A DNA stretch of 64,000 nucleotides, taken from Candidatus Poribacteria bacterium. Its GTDB lineage: Bacteria > Poribacteria > WGA-4E > UBA9662. The position numbers and the translations under genes are program-made. The stretch is from contig JAYZAL010000047.1 of assembly GCA_036339735.1 (NCBI GenBank), positions 64,001 to 128,000 on the forward strand. Reading direction: 5' to 3'. The notes under the pieces were generated by a model, which saw nothing but the letters and a program-made list of their open reading frames with translations, searched no databases and had not been told where the DNA came from. This document shows positions 30,410 through 40,551 of this stretch, in pieces; within the stretch, counting starts at the first letter, position 1, and every line of letters begins with the position of its first letter.

Positions 30410-31579
30410 TTGATGATCAGTAAAAAATTGATTCCCTTGAGCCGCCCCTGGATAGATGCAGATGGGCCCGAGATCCCGGCACTTAAAGAAGTTTTCTCCT
30501 CCCGATGGCTGAGTACTGGCCCAAAGTGCCAAGAATTTGAGCAACGTTTTAGTCAATACATCGGGGCTAAGCATTCAATAGCAGTCAATTCCTGTACCGC
30601 TGCGCTTCATCTATCCTTACATGTTTCAGGAGTAGGACCTGGAGATGAGGTGATTACTACCCCATATACTTTCACTGCAACTTCTGAAGCTATTGGCTAT
30701 ACTGGAGCCAAGCCCGTTATGGTCGATATAGATCCTCTCACACTCAACTTGGACACCTCTCAAGTCGAGGCGGCTATCACGCCTCGTACGAGGGCTATTG
30801 TTCCGGTGCATATGGCAGGTCACCCCTGTAAAATGGATGATTTGGCCGAAATTTGCAATCGTTACAACCTAGTGTTAGTTGACGATGCCGCCCATGCAAT
30901 TTCCAGCCAATATCGGGATACAATGATTGGCAATACGGGCAACCTGTCTGCATTTAGCTTTCATGCTACAAAAAATTTGGCGATTGGGGAAGGCGGCATG
31001 ATAACCACAAACTGTGACGAGTTAGCTAAACGCCTGAAAGTCGTCAGACTTCACGGTATTAGTAAAGATGCTTGGAAAAGGCAAAGCCGGAAGGATTCTT
31101 GGTATTACGAAGTCGTTGAGCAGGGGTTTAAGTATAACCTTAGTGATATCCAAGCAGTTCTCGGGTTATGCCAACTTGCTAAATTAGAAAAACAGTTTGA
31201 AATTCGGAACATGCTTGCTGAAGTTTACCAAAACGAGTTGAGTTCAGTGAGCCAAATTACTCTACCTAAAGTTCCTATCGATGGCAAACACGCTTGGCAC
31301 TTGTTCATTATCCAATTGGATTGTCAGCACTTGAACACCGACCGAAGTAAAGTAATCAGGCAATTACGAGCTGCAAATATTGAGTGTGGAGTGCATTATA
31401 TTCCTCTTCACTTATTCCCCTATTACCAAGAAACCTATGGTTATCAAATTGGTGACTTCCCTTCAGCTGAATCGGTATATAAACAAGCCATTAGCCTTCC
31501 TATGCATGCCTTACTAGATTCGGATGATGTTCGGACGGTTACCGATGCACTCAAGCAACTCATTGAAAATGCTTGTTGA
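30410..31579 (+). CDS. DegT/DnrJ/EryC1/StrS sugar aminotransferase
   Basis: NSCTAALHL, PVHMAG, DDAAHA, FSFHATKNL..GEGG, GFKYN.SDI. Confidence 0.95.
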   Translation: MMISKKLIPLSRPWIDADGPEIPALKEVFSSRWLSTGPKCQEFEQRFSQYIGAKHSIAVNSCTAALHLSLHVSGVGPGDEVITTPYTFTATSEAIGYTGAKPVMVDIDPLTLNLDTSQVEAAITPRTRAIVPVHMAGHPCKMDDLAEICNRYNLVLVDDAAHAISSQYRDTMIGNTGNLSAFSFHATKNLAIGEGGMITTNCDELAKRLKVVRLHGISKDAWKRQSRKDSWYYEVVEQGFKYNLSDIQAVLGLCQLAKLEKQFEIRNMLAEVYQNELSSVSQITLPKVPIDGKHAWHLFIIQLDCQHLNTDRSKVIRQLRAANIECGVHYIPLHLFPYYQETYGYQIGDFPSAESVYKQAISLPMHALLDSDDVRTVTDALKQLIENAC

Positions 31580-31600
31580 TCACTTTATGCCATTACCAAA

Positions 31601-32881
31601 TTGATGTTGACTGTTAGGCGTGCTTTTCGACAATCTGGATCACCGAAAGCAAAAGCTCTATTCCTTGTTATTGCTCTTGGATCTTGGTTTCTTTACTTTT
31701 TCTCTCACCGAATTTTTGACCGAACTGCCCCCAAATTAACTATCAACAATTTAACTGATGGCGAAACTTTGAAAACTTCACTACTACTCGAAATTACAGC
31801 CAGCGACCAGAGAGCTGGTATCAAAGACCTATACCTACAAATCAACGATGAGCAACCTCAAAAACTGCAAAAATTACCAAAACAAACAATCAAACGTGCC
31901 CGTGAATATAATTATGACCTATCTGGCTTAGAGGATGGGCCGTATCAGCTGACTATTACCGCACTAGACAGAGCATTCCGAACAAACGAGAGCTATTTGC
32001 ATGTCAGTTTTTCTGTAGATCGCAACCCACCCCAAATCCATTTTACGACCAAGCCAAAAATTGGTCTTCAAGGTAATACTATAGCAGTCTTTATTGTGAG
32101 TAACGAGCTACTAGGATCAATTGAAGCCAATATGTTTGGAAAAGTACAGACCTTCTACCCACTACCGGTGTCAGGAAAAAGTTCTGAATACTACTGGTAT
32201 CGATGTTTAGTGGGCATTGGTGTTACACAGCAAATTGGCTATCATTCCCTTGATTTGATAGCTACTGACAGGGTTGGAAACCAAAGTACAGCGGCGTTTG
32301 TTGTGGAAATCGAAAAAAATGAGTTTGAACGAGGTGGTTATATCAAACTATCACCCCAAAAACAGAAACTTATGCTAGACAAAAGCAAAAGCCGCTCAGA
32401 TAATGCTAAACGCGGTCAGGCTTATACGGTGTCGGAACAGACTACACAACAACTGTGGAACGGTCATTTTATCCGTCCTGCTTCTGGTATACTAACTTCA
32501 CCCTTTGGTAAATACCGGGAATATAACACAGGTGTCAAAAGGCATCACCTGGGCACCGATATTGCCAATCAAACTGGTACTGCTATCTACGCCAGCAACA
32601 CTGGTGTGATTACGTTGGCCGAGAGACTACACATATACGGTTATAGTATTATAATTAATCATGGGCAAGGTGTATCGACCAGCTATAGTCATCTTAGTAA
32701 AATTGAGGTGGCTGTAGGTGATAATGTTGCAAAAGATCAGCTAATTGGTTTAATGGGAGCAACTGGACAAGTTACGGGCCCCCACTTACATTGGCATATG
32801 GCTGTCAATGGTGTTGCGGTAGCTCCCGAGCAATGGACAGAAGTGAACTTTTCAAGCCCTAAGAGTAAAACCCCGAATTGA
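31601..32881 (+). CDS. M23 family peptidase with N-terminal TM and Ig-like domains
   Basis: HLGTD, YSHLS, GATGQVTGPHLHW. Confidence 0.92.
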   Translation: MMLTVRRAFRQSGSPKAKALFLVIALGSWFLYFFSHRIFDRTAPKLTINNLTDGETLKTSLLLEITASDQRAGIKDLYLQINDEQPQKLQKLPKQTIKRAREYNYDLSGLEDGPYQLTITALDRAFRTNESYLHVSFSVDRNPPQIHFTTKPKIGLQGNTIAVFIVSNELLGSIEANMFGKVQTFYPLPVSGKSSEYYWYRCLVGIGVTQQIGYHSLDLIATDRVGNQSTAAFVVEIEKNEFERGGYIKLSPQKQKLMLDKSKSRSDNAKRGQAYTVSEQTTQQLWNGHFIRPASGILTSPFGKYREYNTGVKRHHLGTDIANQTGTAIYASNTGVITLAERLHIYGYSIIINHGQGVSTSYSHLSKIEVAVGDNVAKDQLIGLMGATGQVTGPHLHWHMAVNGVAVAPEQWTEVNFSSPKSKTPN

Positions 32882-33164
32882 CCCTTTAATCGCTCCCAGT
32901 GCTTCCACGGCAATTTAGCCAAGACGGATAGAACCTTTTTGCCAATTTGCTACGACTGAGAGAGGAGCGGCTCATTTAATCTAATCATTACTTAGCAAAT
33001 TGATCGTTCAGAGATTAACAGTAATCAAAAGCAACATGGAGGATTCGAGATATCGAATAGGACCAATAATATAACATGGTGAAGCGAAGTGTACCGACAG
33101 CCTTGATCATACTTTCGATTAGCGGTGAAACAGTATATTGTATTGATACTAGAATGTTTCCTTT

Positions 33165-34466
33165 TTATATCTCAGTCTTTCCAATCTGTTCAATTCCTGA
33201 GAGATAAGGTTGCAGCACCTTTGGTATGCGAATTGTACCGTCGGCCCGTTGGTTATTTTCTAGTAGTGCAATCATTACACGAGGTAAAGCTAAGCCAGAA
33301 GCATTTAGCGTATGGACGAACTCCGGTTTTGCCCCTTTCTCTGGCCGGTAGCGGATATTAGCTCGTCGGGACTGAAAGTCTTCAAAATTACTACAAGACG
33401 AAATTTCCAAGAATCGTTCTTGTCCTGCGGCCCAAGCTTCTATGTCATAACACTTAGCAGCAGAAAAACCAAGATCACCTGTACATAGAGAAATTACTCG
33501 ATAGGGTATCCCCAATGCTTGAACCACATCTTCAGCATCAGCCAACAAGGATTCATGTTCATCATAGCTACTTTCAGGCGTAGTGAATTTCACCATTTCT
33601 ACTTTGTCAAACTGATGCAATCGGGTCAGCCCACGTGTGTCTTTTCCATAAGACCCTGATTCCCTGCGAAAACAGGGTGTGTAAGCAGTATAGTAAGTGG
33701 GGATTTGTTCTGGTTGCAAAATTTCGTTCGCTAATAAGTTGGTTACTGGGACTTCAGCTGTCGGAATCAGAAATAGGTCATTATCAGGATTTTCACCATC
33801 AGTATCACAACGATACATATCGTCCTCAAACTTGGGTAATTGTCCTGTTCCTCTCATAGCAGTTCGGTTAGCAATAAATGGAGGTGAGACCTCAACATAC
33901 TTATGCTTGTTAGTATGCAAATCAAGCATAAAATTAATTAATGCCCTTTCCAGCCTTGCTCCCAAACCAGTAAAGAGAACAAAATTACTTCCGGAAACCT
34001 TAGCACCTCTTTGAAAATTGATTAATTCATTCTGTTCAGCCAATTCCCAATGTGGCTTAGGGGTAAAATCAAAACTTGGTATTTCCCCCCAGCGTTTGAT
34101 TTCAAGATTTTCGTTTTCATCCGAACCCACAGGTACACTTTGGTGAGGTACATTAGGTAAATACATAAGAACCTGATTAACTTCTTTTTTCAGTTGGCGA
34201 GCCTCTTCACCTAGTTGCTTTATTTGGTTGGAAACTTGCTTCATCTCTGTGATTAGGCCTGACGCGTCTTGACTTTGTTTTTTAAAAAGTCCAATTTGTT
34301 TTGAAACATCGTTTTGTCGATGACGCAGATCTTCGACTTGCTTTTGAGTATCTAACCACTGTTGATCCGTAGCCAGCAGACGATCCAAGTCAACGTCGGT
34401 GCCACGATCACTGAGCATCTGGCGAACGACATCAGCATTCTGCCGTATGAACTTGAGATCTAGCAT
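33165..34466 (-). CDS. serS: Serine--tRNA ligase
   Basis: MLDLKFIR start with AGGAG RBS, LIPTAEVP, FRRESGSYGKDTRG, HQFDKVE, EISSCSN, HTLNASGLA. The ORF-track extension to 34652 runs through tRNA-Asp and is spurious. Confidence 0.98.
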   Translation of the reverse strand: MLDLKFIRQNADVVRQMLSDRGTDVDLDRLLATDQQWLDTQKQVEDLRHRQNDVSKQIGLFKKQSQDASGLITEMKQVSNQIKQLGEEARQLKKEVNQVLMYLPNVPHQSVPVGSDENENLEIKRWGEIPSFDFTPKPHWELAEQNELINFQRGAKVSGSNFVLFTGLGARLERALINFMLDLHTNKHKYVEVSPPFIANRTAMRGTGQLPKFEDDMYRCDTDGENPDNDLFLIPTAEVPVTNLLANEILQPEQIPTYYTAYTPCFRRESGSYGKDTRGLTRLHQFDKVEMVKFTTPESSYDEHESLLADAEDVVQALGIPYRVISLCTGDLGFSAAKCYDIEAWAAGQERFLEISSCSNFEDFQSRRANIRYRPEKGAKPEFVHTLNASGLALPRVMIALLENNQRADGTIRIPKVLQPYLSGIEQIGKTEI

Positions 34467-34526
34467 GGTAAGTACTCCTTGGCAGGGCCGGTAATAATTA
34501 AACTGAAAAATTGGCAGGCGAAGAAC

Positions 34527-34570
34527 AAAAGCAAAAAACACGGGTGAGGAAGGTACCTCGCCCGTGTTTT
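34527..34570 (-). terminator. Intrinsic terminator after the tRNA-Val/tRNA-Asp operon
   Basis: AAAACACGGGCGAGG-TACCTT-CCTCACCCGTGTTTT followed by TTGCTTTT. Confidence 0.85.
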
Positions 34571-34575
34571 CTTGA

Positions 34576-34650
34576 CGACCCCGACGAGATTTGAACTCGC
34601 GACCTTTTGCGTGACAGGCAAATATGCTAACCAGGCTACACCACGGGGCC
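34576..34650 (-). tRNA. tRNA-Asp(GTC), CCA not encoded
   Basis: GGCCCCG acceptor stem, TTTGC-CTGTCAC-GCAAA anticodon arm, GCGAG-TTCAAAT-CTCGT T arm, discriminator G, then TCA. Confidence 0.95.
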
Positions 34651-34661
34651 ACTTTCTTGCT

Positions 34662-34738
34662 TGGTAGGCGGAACAGGATTCGAACCTGTGACTTCTGCCT
34701 TGTAAGGGCAGCGCTCTAACCAGCTGAGCTACCCGCCC
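34662..34738 (-). tRNA. tRNA-Val(TAC)
   Basis: GGGCGGG acceptor stem, CTGCC-CTTACAA-GGCAG anticodon arm, ACAGG-TTCGAAT-CCTGT T arm, ends ACCA. Confidence 0.97.
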
Positions 34739-34752
34739 GAAAAGCGAACCAC

Positions 34753-34782
34753 AGTATATGTCACTGGCCTTTATATTGTCAA
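34753..34782 (-). promoter_or_regulatory. Sigma70-type promoter of the tRNA operon
   Basis: TTGACA-18 nt-TATACT just upstream of tRNA-Val. Confidence 0.75.
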
Positions 34783-34880
34783 GAGAAAATTGCTTTTTTC
34801 AGTAAAATAGCCAAGCGAACGAAAAGTAGAACTATGATAGGAAAATAACTAGGAACAAGTTAAAACGCTAACCGTTTCTA

Positions 34881-34910
34881 TTGTCAGCAGTGTCTTAGCT
34901 TGTGTATAAT
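34881..34910 (+). promoter_or_regulatory. Sigma70-type promoter of the ArsA-like/phosphoesterase/hslVU operon
   Basis: TTGTCA-18 nt-TATAAT, followed by an AGGAGG RBS and GTG at 34937. Confidence 0.65.
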
Positions 34911-34936
34911 TGGCGGTCTCAGGTAGGAGGTTGTTA

Positions 34937-36136
34937 GTGAGGATTATACTCTATACTGGGAAAGGAGGAGTTGGAAAAACCAGTATTGCGGCATCTACTG
35001 GTTTAAAACTGAGCCAGAAAGGTTATAAAACGATAGTTATTTCTTTGGATATGGCTCATTCCTTGTCTGATGCTTTCGACTTGGATAACGAGTTAATACA
35101 CCAGTCTGAAGACCCTGTTCGAAGGATTAATGATCGATTATTCATACAAGAAATCGATATTCAACAGGCTTTAAAACAATATTGGTCTGAAGTAACGTCT
35201 TACCTGGAGTTAGTGCTTAAAGTCTCAGGTTTAGATCAAATTGTGGCTGAGGAAGTCGCAGTCTTTCCTGGAATGGAAGAAGTTTGTGCTCTGCTCTATA
35301 TTAACCAGTATTATCGTCAGAAAAAATATGATGTAATTATCCTAGATTGTGCCCCAACCGGTGAATCCCTGAGATTTGTCAGCATTCCTACCGTTCTGGA
35401 CTGGTATATAAGACATATATTCAAAGTTGAGCGACAGCTAGCTGGTGTAGCACGTACCTTTGTTAAAAAAATTGCTTCAGTTCCTCTACCACAAGACAGT
35501 TATTTCCGTAATTTAGAAGATTTGTTTAGCCGTATAGAGGGTGTAGATCAACTGCTATTAGATCCCAAAGTGACCACCGTTCGCTTAGTTACTAACCCGG
35601 AGCAGATGGTAATAAAAGAAACTCAGCGAGCATTTATGTATTTTAGTCTATATGGTTTAGCGGTCGATGCAGTTATCATCAATCGTATACTGCTACCGTC
35701 AATTGACGATTCCTTTTTCGGGAAATGGAAAAAAACTCAGCAGGAATGCATTCGGCAAGCAGAACTTTACTTCACCAGGGTACCAATCTGGAAAGTTAAC
35801 TTGTTTAACGATCAGATTGTGGGTGTAGAGGGACTCAATAAGCTGGGCGATCAACTATATGCAGAAGTTGATCCTATGATCATTTATCAGGATGAAACGG
35901 CTTATAAATTTAGTAAAAACGGTGAACAGTACCAAATTTCTCTTCTTTTACCTTTCGTACAAAAGGGAGAAATTCTTCTGGCGAAACGAGCTGAAGAAGT
36001 TATCATTGAAATCGGTGGATTTCGTCAACATATTCCATTACCACGCTCTCTAACAGATAAAAAACCGTTGACGGCAAGATTAGTAGGAGATCGACTGGTA
36101 ATCATCTTTGATGATAAACCGAATAGTGGTGATTAA
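34937..36136 (+). CDS. ArsA/Get3 family ATPase with C-terminal HSP20-like domain
   Basis: GKGGVGKTS, DMAHSLSD, FPGMEE, DCAPTGESLR, RLVTNPE; C-terminal alpha-crystallin-like segment. Confidence 0.9.
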   Translation: MRIILYTGKGGVGKTSIAASTGLKLSQKGYKTIVISLDMAHSLSDAFDLDNELIHQSEDPVRRINDRLFIQEIDIQQALKQYWSEVTSYLELVLKVSGLDQIVAEEVAVFPGMEEVCALLYINQYYRQKKYDVIILDCAPTGESLRFVSIPTVLDWYIRHIFKVERQLAGVARTFVKKIASVPLPQDSYFRNLEDLFSRIEGVDQLLLDPKVTTVRLVTNPEQMVIKETQRAFMYFSLYGLAVDAVIINRILLPSIDDSFFGKWKKTQQECIRQAELYFTRVPIWKVNLFNDQIVGVEGLNKLGDQLYAEVDPMIIYQDETAYKFSKNGEQYQISLLLPFVQKGEILLAKRAEEVIIEIGGFRQHIPLPRSLTDKKPLTARLVGDRLVIIFDDKPNSGD

Positions 36137-36891
36137 TGAGGATTTGTATTTTTGCTGATGTTCACGCCAATTTTGAGGCGCTAAAAGCGGTCTTATTCGA
36201 TGCTCAATCAGAAATGCCAGATGGTTATATCTGTCTGGGAGATTTAGTCGGTTATGGTGCTACTCCCAACAAAACCATTGATCTGATTCGGAGAATCCAG
36301 CCTAATCTGGTATTACGGGGTAATCATGATCGGACTATCGTTGATCTACAATACCGTAACCCTACACGCTGGCACCGTCACCAGCAATTAGAACGATTCA
36401 GCCTACTCTGGACACACAATCAAATTACCCCTGAGAACCTGATGTACTTGCAACGTCTACCCGAAGGTCCGCAATGGCTTGATGAGATACAAGCTGTTCA
36501 GTTTGTCCATGGTAGTGCGTTCCAAATTGACGATGATATTCTTACCCAAGGCGATGCCAAGCGTCATCTGAAGAAATCACTGAATTGGGTTACATTCTTT
36601 GCACATACACATATTGCTGCCATTCATTCGACTAATCAACATTTACCGCTTATCTACCCTGAACCTGATTTTCCTTATCCTTTGAGTACTAAGAATCGAT
36701 ATTTAATCAATCCGGGTTCGGTTGGTCAACCTCGTGATATGGATTCAAGAGCTAGCTACGCTATTTTCGACCATGAATCTCGTACTATTCACATTAAACG
36801 AATCGTATATAATATCAAAGCTGCGCAGGATAAAATTAGGCTAGCGAAACTTCCTAAATGGCATGCCGATCGTATAGCGAACGGTCGGTAA
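36136..36891 (+). CDS. Calcineurin-like metallophosphoesterase
   Basis: DVHAN, LGDLVGYG, RGNHD, HGS, AHTH, INPGSVGQPRD. Confidence 0.93.
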   Translation: MRICIFADVHANFEALKAVLFDAQSEMPDGYICLGDLVGYGATPNKTIDLIRRIQPNLVLRGNHDRTIVDLQYRNPTRWHRHQQLERFSLLWTHNQITPENLMYLQRLPEGPQWLDEIQAVQFVHGSAFQIDDDILTQGDAKRHLKKSLNWVTFFAHTHIAAIHSTNQHLPLIYPEPDFPYPLSTKNRYLINPGSVGQPRDMDSRASYAIFDHESRTIHIKRIVYNIKAAQDKIRLAKLPKWHADRIANGR

Positions 36892-36917
36892 TATAAATGA
36901 AGCATAGAGAGGAAAAG

Positions 36918-37445
36918 ATGTTAAAATCAACAACGATACTAACCGTTCGACGAGATCATAATGTAGCACTTGGTGGAGATGGACAGGTTACCTTAGGGCA
37001 TACGGTTGTCAAGCATGGCGCTAAAAAGATTAGGAAAATACATCAAGATAACGTCATGATTGGTTTTGCAGGCTCAGCGGCGGATGGTCTCAGCCTCTTT
37101 GAAAAACTGGAAAAAAAGTTAGGGCAACACCGGCACCTGCAACGTGCGGCCTATGAATTGGTTCAAGATTGGCGTGGCGATCGGGTTCTACGACGTGTTG
37201 AAGCCCTTATGATCGCTGCAGATATTGAAGATTCTTATTTGATTTCTGGCAATGGTGATTTGATCACTTCTGATGACGGTATATTAGCAATTGGATCTGG
37301 CGGTAATTACGCACTTGCTGCAGCACGCGCACTCCTAGAAAATACCGACTTGTCTCCAGCACAAATCGTTTCCAAGGCTCTAAAAATTACCAGCCAAATT
37401 TGTATTTATACCAATGATCAAATTGAAATTATTGAGCTAACTTAA
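36918..37445 (+). CDS. hslV: ATP-dependent protease peptidase subunit
   Basis: [42 protein letters not shown]. Confidence 0.97.
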   Translation: MLKSTTILTVRRDHNVALGGDGQVTLGHTVVKHGAKKIRKIHQDNVMIGFAGSAADGLSLFEKLEKKLGQHRHLQRAAYELVQDWRGDRVLRRVEALMIAADIEDSYLISGNGDLITSDDGILAIGSGGNYALAAARALLENTDLSPAQIVSKALKITSQICIYTNDQIEIIELT

Positions 37446-37461
37446 TCAACCATCGTTATTA

Positions 37462-39033
37462 ATGAATAAAATAGGAAATTCAATGAACGAAAAACAAACC
37501 ACTTTGCATGCTGAACCTTCACCGATTAGTGACCTGACAAATGCATTAACACCCAAACAGATTGTGGCTGAATTAGACCGGTACATCATAGGCCAAAATG
37601 AAGCAAAAAGATCAGTCGCTATAGCCTTACGCAATCGTTCACGTCGCCAAATGCTACCTGAAGATATGAGAGATGAAGTCGCGCCAAAAAACATTATCAT
37701 GGTTGGTTCAACGGGAGTTGGAAAAACAGAAATTGCCCGCCGACTAGCAAAGCTCGTGGACGCACCATTTATCAAGGTTGAAGCTTCGAAATACACCGAA
37801 GTTGGCTATGTAGGGCGTGATGTGGAATCCATGATTCGAGACCTAACCGATCTGGCAGTCAACATGGTTAAGTCAGAACACACAGTTCGGATGAAAAGTA
37901 AAGCTGACCGAATGGCTGAGGAACGAATTCTGGATATTTTATTTCCTCCACCTCGTTCTCAGTCTCCATCTGATTCAGAAGATACAAGTCAGGCCCAATC
38001 GAAAGTGGAAGAAGGCGGAACCGTCTTGGAAATCTATATTGGAGACAGCTCAGATGATGGAGCAGAGGCTACATCATCAACGAATACTGATCTTGAGGTT
38101 AACCCAAGAACTTCAGAAGATGATCAAGCAAAAAAAGCACAAGAGCGGTATAAAAAGACACGAGACAAATTTCGTCAAATGTTACAAGACGGAAAATTTG
38201 AAGACAAAGAAGTAGAAGTAGAGGTCAAAACGCGTGGCAACACGCCTTTAATTGAAATTTTTTCATCCAGCGGTATTGAAGAAATGGATATCAATTTCAA
38301 AGATATGTTCGGTAGTATGATGCCCAAAAACTCTCGTAAAAGGCAAGTGAGCGTTAGTGAAGCTCGAGAAATTTTGGCTCAAGAAGAAGCCGAGAAATTG
38401 ATTGACGTCGACGCGGTTGTAGTAGAAGCAGTGGATCGGGTAGAAAATTCTGGTATCGTATTTCTAGATGAAATAGATAAAGTCGCAGGGAGAGAATCAA
38501 CAGCTGGTCCTGATGTCTCGCGTGAGGGAGTACAAAGGGATATTTTACCCATTGTCGAAGGTTCAAATGTGATGACAAAACACGGAATGGTAAAAACCGA
38601 CCACATACTGTTCGTGGCCGCAGGTGCGTTTCACACATCGAAACCATCAGACCTAATCCCAGAACTCCAAGGGCGTTTTCCGATTCGTGTTTCACTGAAA
38701 AGTCTGGACCAAAAGGATTTTAAAAAGATTTTAACTGAACCTAAAAATGCTTTAACAAAACAATATATTGCTATGATGAAGACAGAAGATCTCAATGTGG
38801 ATATCACAGAGTCTGCCGTAGATACTATCTCTGGTTTGGCTTTCCAAGTCAACGAATCAGTGGAAGATATTGGAGCCAGACGATTGCATACCATTATGGA
38901 AAAGTTATTTGAACAAATATCATTTGATGCACCGGATATTGAAGATAAACAAATCTGTATTGATGCGGAATATGTAGATGAACAGTTAGCCGAAATCGCT
39001 CAAAATCAGGACCTCAGCCGTTATATCCTTTAA
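37462..39033 (+). CDS. hslU: ATP-dependent protease ATPase subunit
   Basis: [69 protein letters not shown]. Confidence 0.97.
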   Translation: MNKIGNSMNEKQTTLHAEPSPISDLTNALTPKQIVAELDRYIIGQNEAKRSVAIALRNRSRRQMLPEDMRDEVAPKNIIMVGSTGVGKTEIARRLAKLVDAPFIKVEASKYTEVGYVGRDVESMIRDLTDLAVNMVKSEHTVRMKSKADRMAEERILDILFPPPRSQSPSDSEDTSQAQSKVEEGGTVLEIYIGDSSDDGAEATSSTNTDLEVNPRTSEDDQAKKAQERYKKTRDKFRQMLQDGKFEDKEVEVEVKTRGNTPLIEIFSSSGIEEMDINFKDMFGSMMPKNSRKRQVSVSEAREILAQEEAEKLIDVDAVVVEAVDRVENSGIVFLDEIDKVAGRESTAGPDVSREGVQRDILPIVEGSNVMTKHGMVKTDHILFVAAGAFHTSKPSDLIPELQGRFPIRVSLKSLDQKDFKKILTEPKNALTKQYIAMMKTEDLNVDITESAVDTISGLAFQVNESVEDIGARRLHTIMEKLFEQISFDAPDIEDKQICIDAEYVDEQLAEIAQNQDLSRYIL

Positions 39034-39454
39034 ATCTAATTTTCATTTGTTCAACTTGATTTATTTATCTTGCTTTCCAAGATAATATCTTCCGTACACA
39101 GGTTATGCGAATTCGTCATTAAGTATCAGTTCGTCCACCCCATATAGTTCTAGGAGCCAAATCATGAAAATTCCATTCAGAATTCTAATTGGGTCATCAA
39201 GTTACTAGATCGTAATATAGAACGATACTCGATCTAATTTCTTTTGCTCGGTGAATTTCAGGTTTGGCAATGTGTGTGCCCCTGTCTGTGAAACAAAATT
39301 TAGTTGGTCGATTAACGGTTTTAAATAAGACGTTTTTCTGATTAAATTTCTGTTCATTGGTCATTCTATCTCATTTATGATTAGAGACCATCTATCTCAT
39401 TTTTTACTTTAGGGAAACCTTCAATCACGTTAGAATGGGATAAAACAAGTGAAA

Positions 39455-39480
39455 AATTAGGTAATTAGGTAATTAGGTAA
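39455..39480 (+). repeat. Tandem 8-bp repeat (AATTAGGT)x3
   Basis: AATTAGGT AATTAGGT AATTAGGT AA runs directly into the AAGGAG RBS of the EEP gene. Confidence 0.9.
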
Positions 39481-39488
39481 GGAGTATA

Positions 39489-40217
39489 ATGCGAGTAAAA
39501 TCATCGAACCTGACCATACGCGTGATGACTTACAATATCCATCATGCAGAGGGAATCGACGGAAATATAAACTTGGATCGTATTGCCAACCTGATTAATT
39601 CTTCTTGTGCCAATTTCGTTGGGTTACAAGAAGTTGATCGGTATGCCAACCGGTCTAACAATCTCGATATGGTGTTAGAACTCGCTCGCTTAACCGGTAT
39701 GTATTGGGCTTTTGGAAAAAACCTTGAACTCAACAACGGCGACTATGGTAATGCTATTCTCTCTTCTTATCCTATCTTAAATCAAAAGAACAGGAATTAT
39801 AAAATGATTAGATCCTCTGAGCGCCGTGGCCTACTTCAAGTGCTGGCAAAATTTGGAAATAAAGAAATTGTATTCATGAATACTCACATTGATCATTGCA
39901 TAGATGATGCAGAATCAATTTCTAACGCTGAAGAGATAAAAGAATCCATAAATTCCCACAGAAATAGTCCTGTAATTGTCTGTGGTGATTTCAACAAAAC
40001 GCCTGAAAGCCCGATGGTCAAAGAAATGGAGCTCGATTTAACAAACGTGTCCACTTTTGATGATCGACCATTTCTAACATACCCCTCTAGCAATCCAGAA
40101 ACTCAAATTGACCATATTTTCACGTCAAAAGACTGGAAAATTCATTCTGTAGAAATACTTCAATCTCTTGCGTCTGATCACCTTCCTCTTGTTGCAGAAA
40201 TTTCCTTGAATGGATAA
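39489..40217 (+). CDS. Endonuclease/exonuclease/phosphatase (EEP) family protein
   Basis: VMTYNIHH, LQEVD, YGNAILS, NTH, GDFN, IDHIF, SDHLP. Confidence 0.93.
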   Translation: MRVKSSNLTIRVMTYNIHHAEGIDGNINLDRIANLINSSCANFVGLQEVDRYANRSNNLDMVLELARLTGMYWAFGKNLELNNGDYGNAILSSYPILNQKNRNYKMIRSSERRGLLQVLAKFGNKEIVFMNTHIDHCIDDAESISNAEEIKESINSHRNSPVIVCGDFNKTPESPMVKEMELDLTNVSTFDDRPFLTYPSSNPETQIDHIFTSKDWKIHSVEILQSLASDHLPLVAEISLNG

Positions 40218-40551
40218 TAATCATGATAATTGACTTCAGCGACCACATATTAACAAGTAAGAAATCAGCGAAATAGAATCAGAAAGAATAGACAAAGTTG
40301 CTTCAGGTTAAGCTGTATATTGAAATAAACTATCGATTATAGAACTTTCTGATAAAATAAGGGTAAATACGGCTTATTGATTTTGAAAAGTCGTAAATGG
40401 AAGAGATGTAAAAACCCACCAAAAGGAGCTAACCTAATCTGGAAGTTGGCCGGTGAGTTCTATGCATACGAGTTGCGGATTCTGTATCCAAGGTGTCTTG
40501 GAACCGAAGAGTAGCGGTCTTATTTTTCAGTGATAAAGAAATTAGGAAGTA

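Noticed and set aside
34467-34652. 62-aa N-terminal extension of serS in the ORF track
   Set aside because: It overlaps tRNA-Asp and its terminator; the true start is the ATG at 34466 with an AGGAG RBS.
39040-39365. 55-aa minus-strand ORF (MTNEQKFNQ...) and fragments after hslU
   Set aside because: No recognisable family or clear RBS; at most gene debris.
40400-40540. GC-richer patch upstream of the PhyH gene as a riboswitch or integrase remnant
   Set aside because: No recognisable riboswitch consensus or convincing protein motif.
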